Shown: positions 32,990 to 33,401 of the stretch, piece after piece
Numbering within the stretch: the first letter of the stretch is position 1
How the letters are laid out: every line of letters starts with the position of its first letter
From: Fonticula alba ATCC 38817
Taxonomy: Eukaryota; Protista; Nucleariida
Direction: 5' to 3' (one strand)
DNA length: 33,401 nucleotides
Assembly: GCA_000388065.2 (NCBI GenBank)
Contig: KB932212.1
Program-made: the position numbers and the translations under genes
The notes under the pieces: model-generated
Database searches by the model: none
What the model was told of the DNA's origin: nothing
What the model saw: only the letters and a program-made list of their open reading frames with translations

Positions 32990-33188
32990 GGCCGGGGCCC
33001 GGGCCGGCCTCGGTCGTGTGCGCCTGCTGCGCGCACGCACGTCCCCGCACTTGAGCCAGTTTGTCGGTGGGGGGCCCCGTGTGCGCGCCCACCTCCAGAG
33101 CCACCTCCCCTCGCCCCCTCCACATCCGGCGTGCCTCGTCGCCTCGCCTCCCGTCCTTGCCTGCCTCCCCCTCGCCCCCTCCTTCGGA
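32661..33188. promoter_or_regulatory. Putative bidirectional promoter between WDR33 and the right-edge gene
   Basis: Start codons are head-to-head, 528 bp apart. Geometry only, and it depends on the right-edge exon being real. Confidence 0.35.
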
Positions 33189-33355
33189 ATGCCCGGGGCG
33201 GATCCCTCCCCAGTCGACGAGGGCCGCGAGCTCTCGCTGGCCGAGCAGCGGGCCCTCTTTCTCGAGTGCCTGGCCGGCGCCTGCGGTCTGGGTGGGGCGG
33301 CTGGCCCTGGCGACCTGACCTTCGGCCCAGCAGCCACGGTGGCCTTCCGCGACCG
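33189..33355 (+). CDS. Probable first coding exon of an unidentified gene running off the right edge
   Basis: ATG at 33189 gives MPRADPSPVDEGRELSLAEQRALFLECLAGACGLGGAAGPGDLTFGPAATVAFRD with GC3-rich codons. It ends at a GTGCGT donor (33356) followed by (CT)n, as in the other introns. Divergent from WDR33. Confidence 0.55.
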
Positions 33356-33359
33356 GTGC

Positions 33360-33362
<3 letters not shown>

Positions 33363-33401
<39 letters not shown>
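33363..33401. repeat. (CT)n microsatellite, intronic, truncated by the window edge
   Basis: Read directly from the sequence. Confidence 0.95.

Noticed and set aside
79-33337. Hundreds of long overlapping ORFs in the supplied track (e.g. 222-1862, 6007-7860, 9597-11306, 15729-17798, 25358-27088)
   Set aside because: Expected at this GC content because stops are rare. They are antisense or off-frame shadows of real exons, many start at non-ATG codons, and some read through Ns or microsatellites (CVCV, HTHT, ERER, poly-G/P).
1-33401. CRISPR arrays, transposons, integrated viral genes, tRNA, rRNA, spliceosomal snRNAs
   Set aside because: No repeat-spacer periodicity, no transposase/RT/integrase motifs, and no U1/U2/U5/U6 or tRNA signature found by eye. 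A covariance-model scan was not possible, so divergent small RNAs are not excluded.

Overview
A 33.4 kb window of a very GC-rich, intron-rich eukaryotic scaffold with five N gaps. The proteins look opisthokont-like and the style recalls Fonticula alba, but that assignment is an unverified inference. Hand-splicing with every exon phase checked gives ten recognisable genes: LARP4-like (-, runs off the left edge), RPC9/CRCP (-), CWC15 (+), COX14-like (-), BCKDH E1-beta (+), PTPMT1-like phosphatase (+), AIFM3-like Rieske/FAD oxidoreductase (-), TRIP4/ASC-1 (-), U2SURP/SR140 (+) and WDR33/Pfs2 (-). The first exon of an unknown eleventh gene sits at the right edge. Nearly all ORFs in the supplied track are GC or microsatellite artefacts. 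I found no mobile element, CRISPR array, tRNA or rRNA. Strongest signal: all 45 splice donors I could fix read GT-R-Y-G (39 with C and 6 with T at +4, none with the canonical A), which suggests a shifted 5' splice-site code. Other leads are an orphan PTEN-type P-loop beside a gap, a tail-anchored Rieske-reductase fusion, an ASCH domain lacking its GxKxxExR motif, a WDR33 with a half-eroded AAUAAA pocket, and a U2SURP that ends at its CID. Comparisons to human proteins are from memory, not from a database search.
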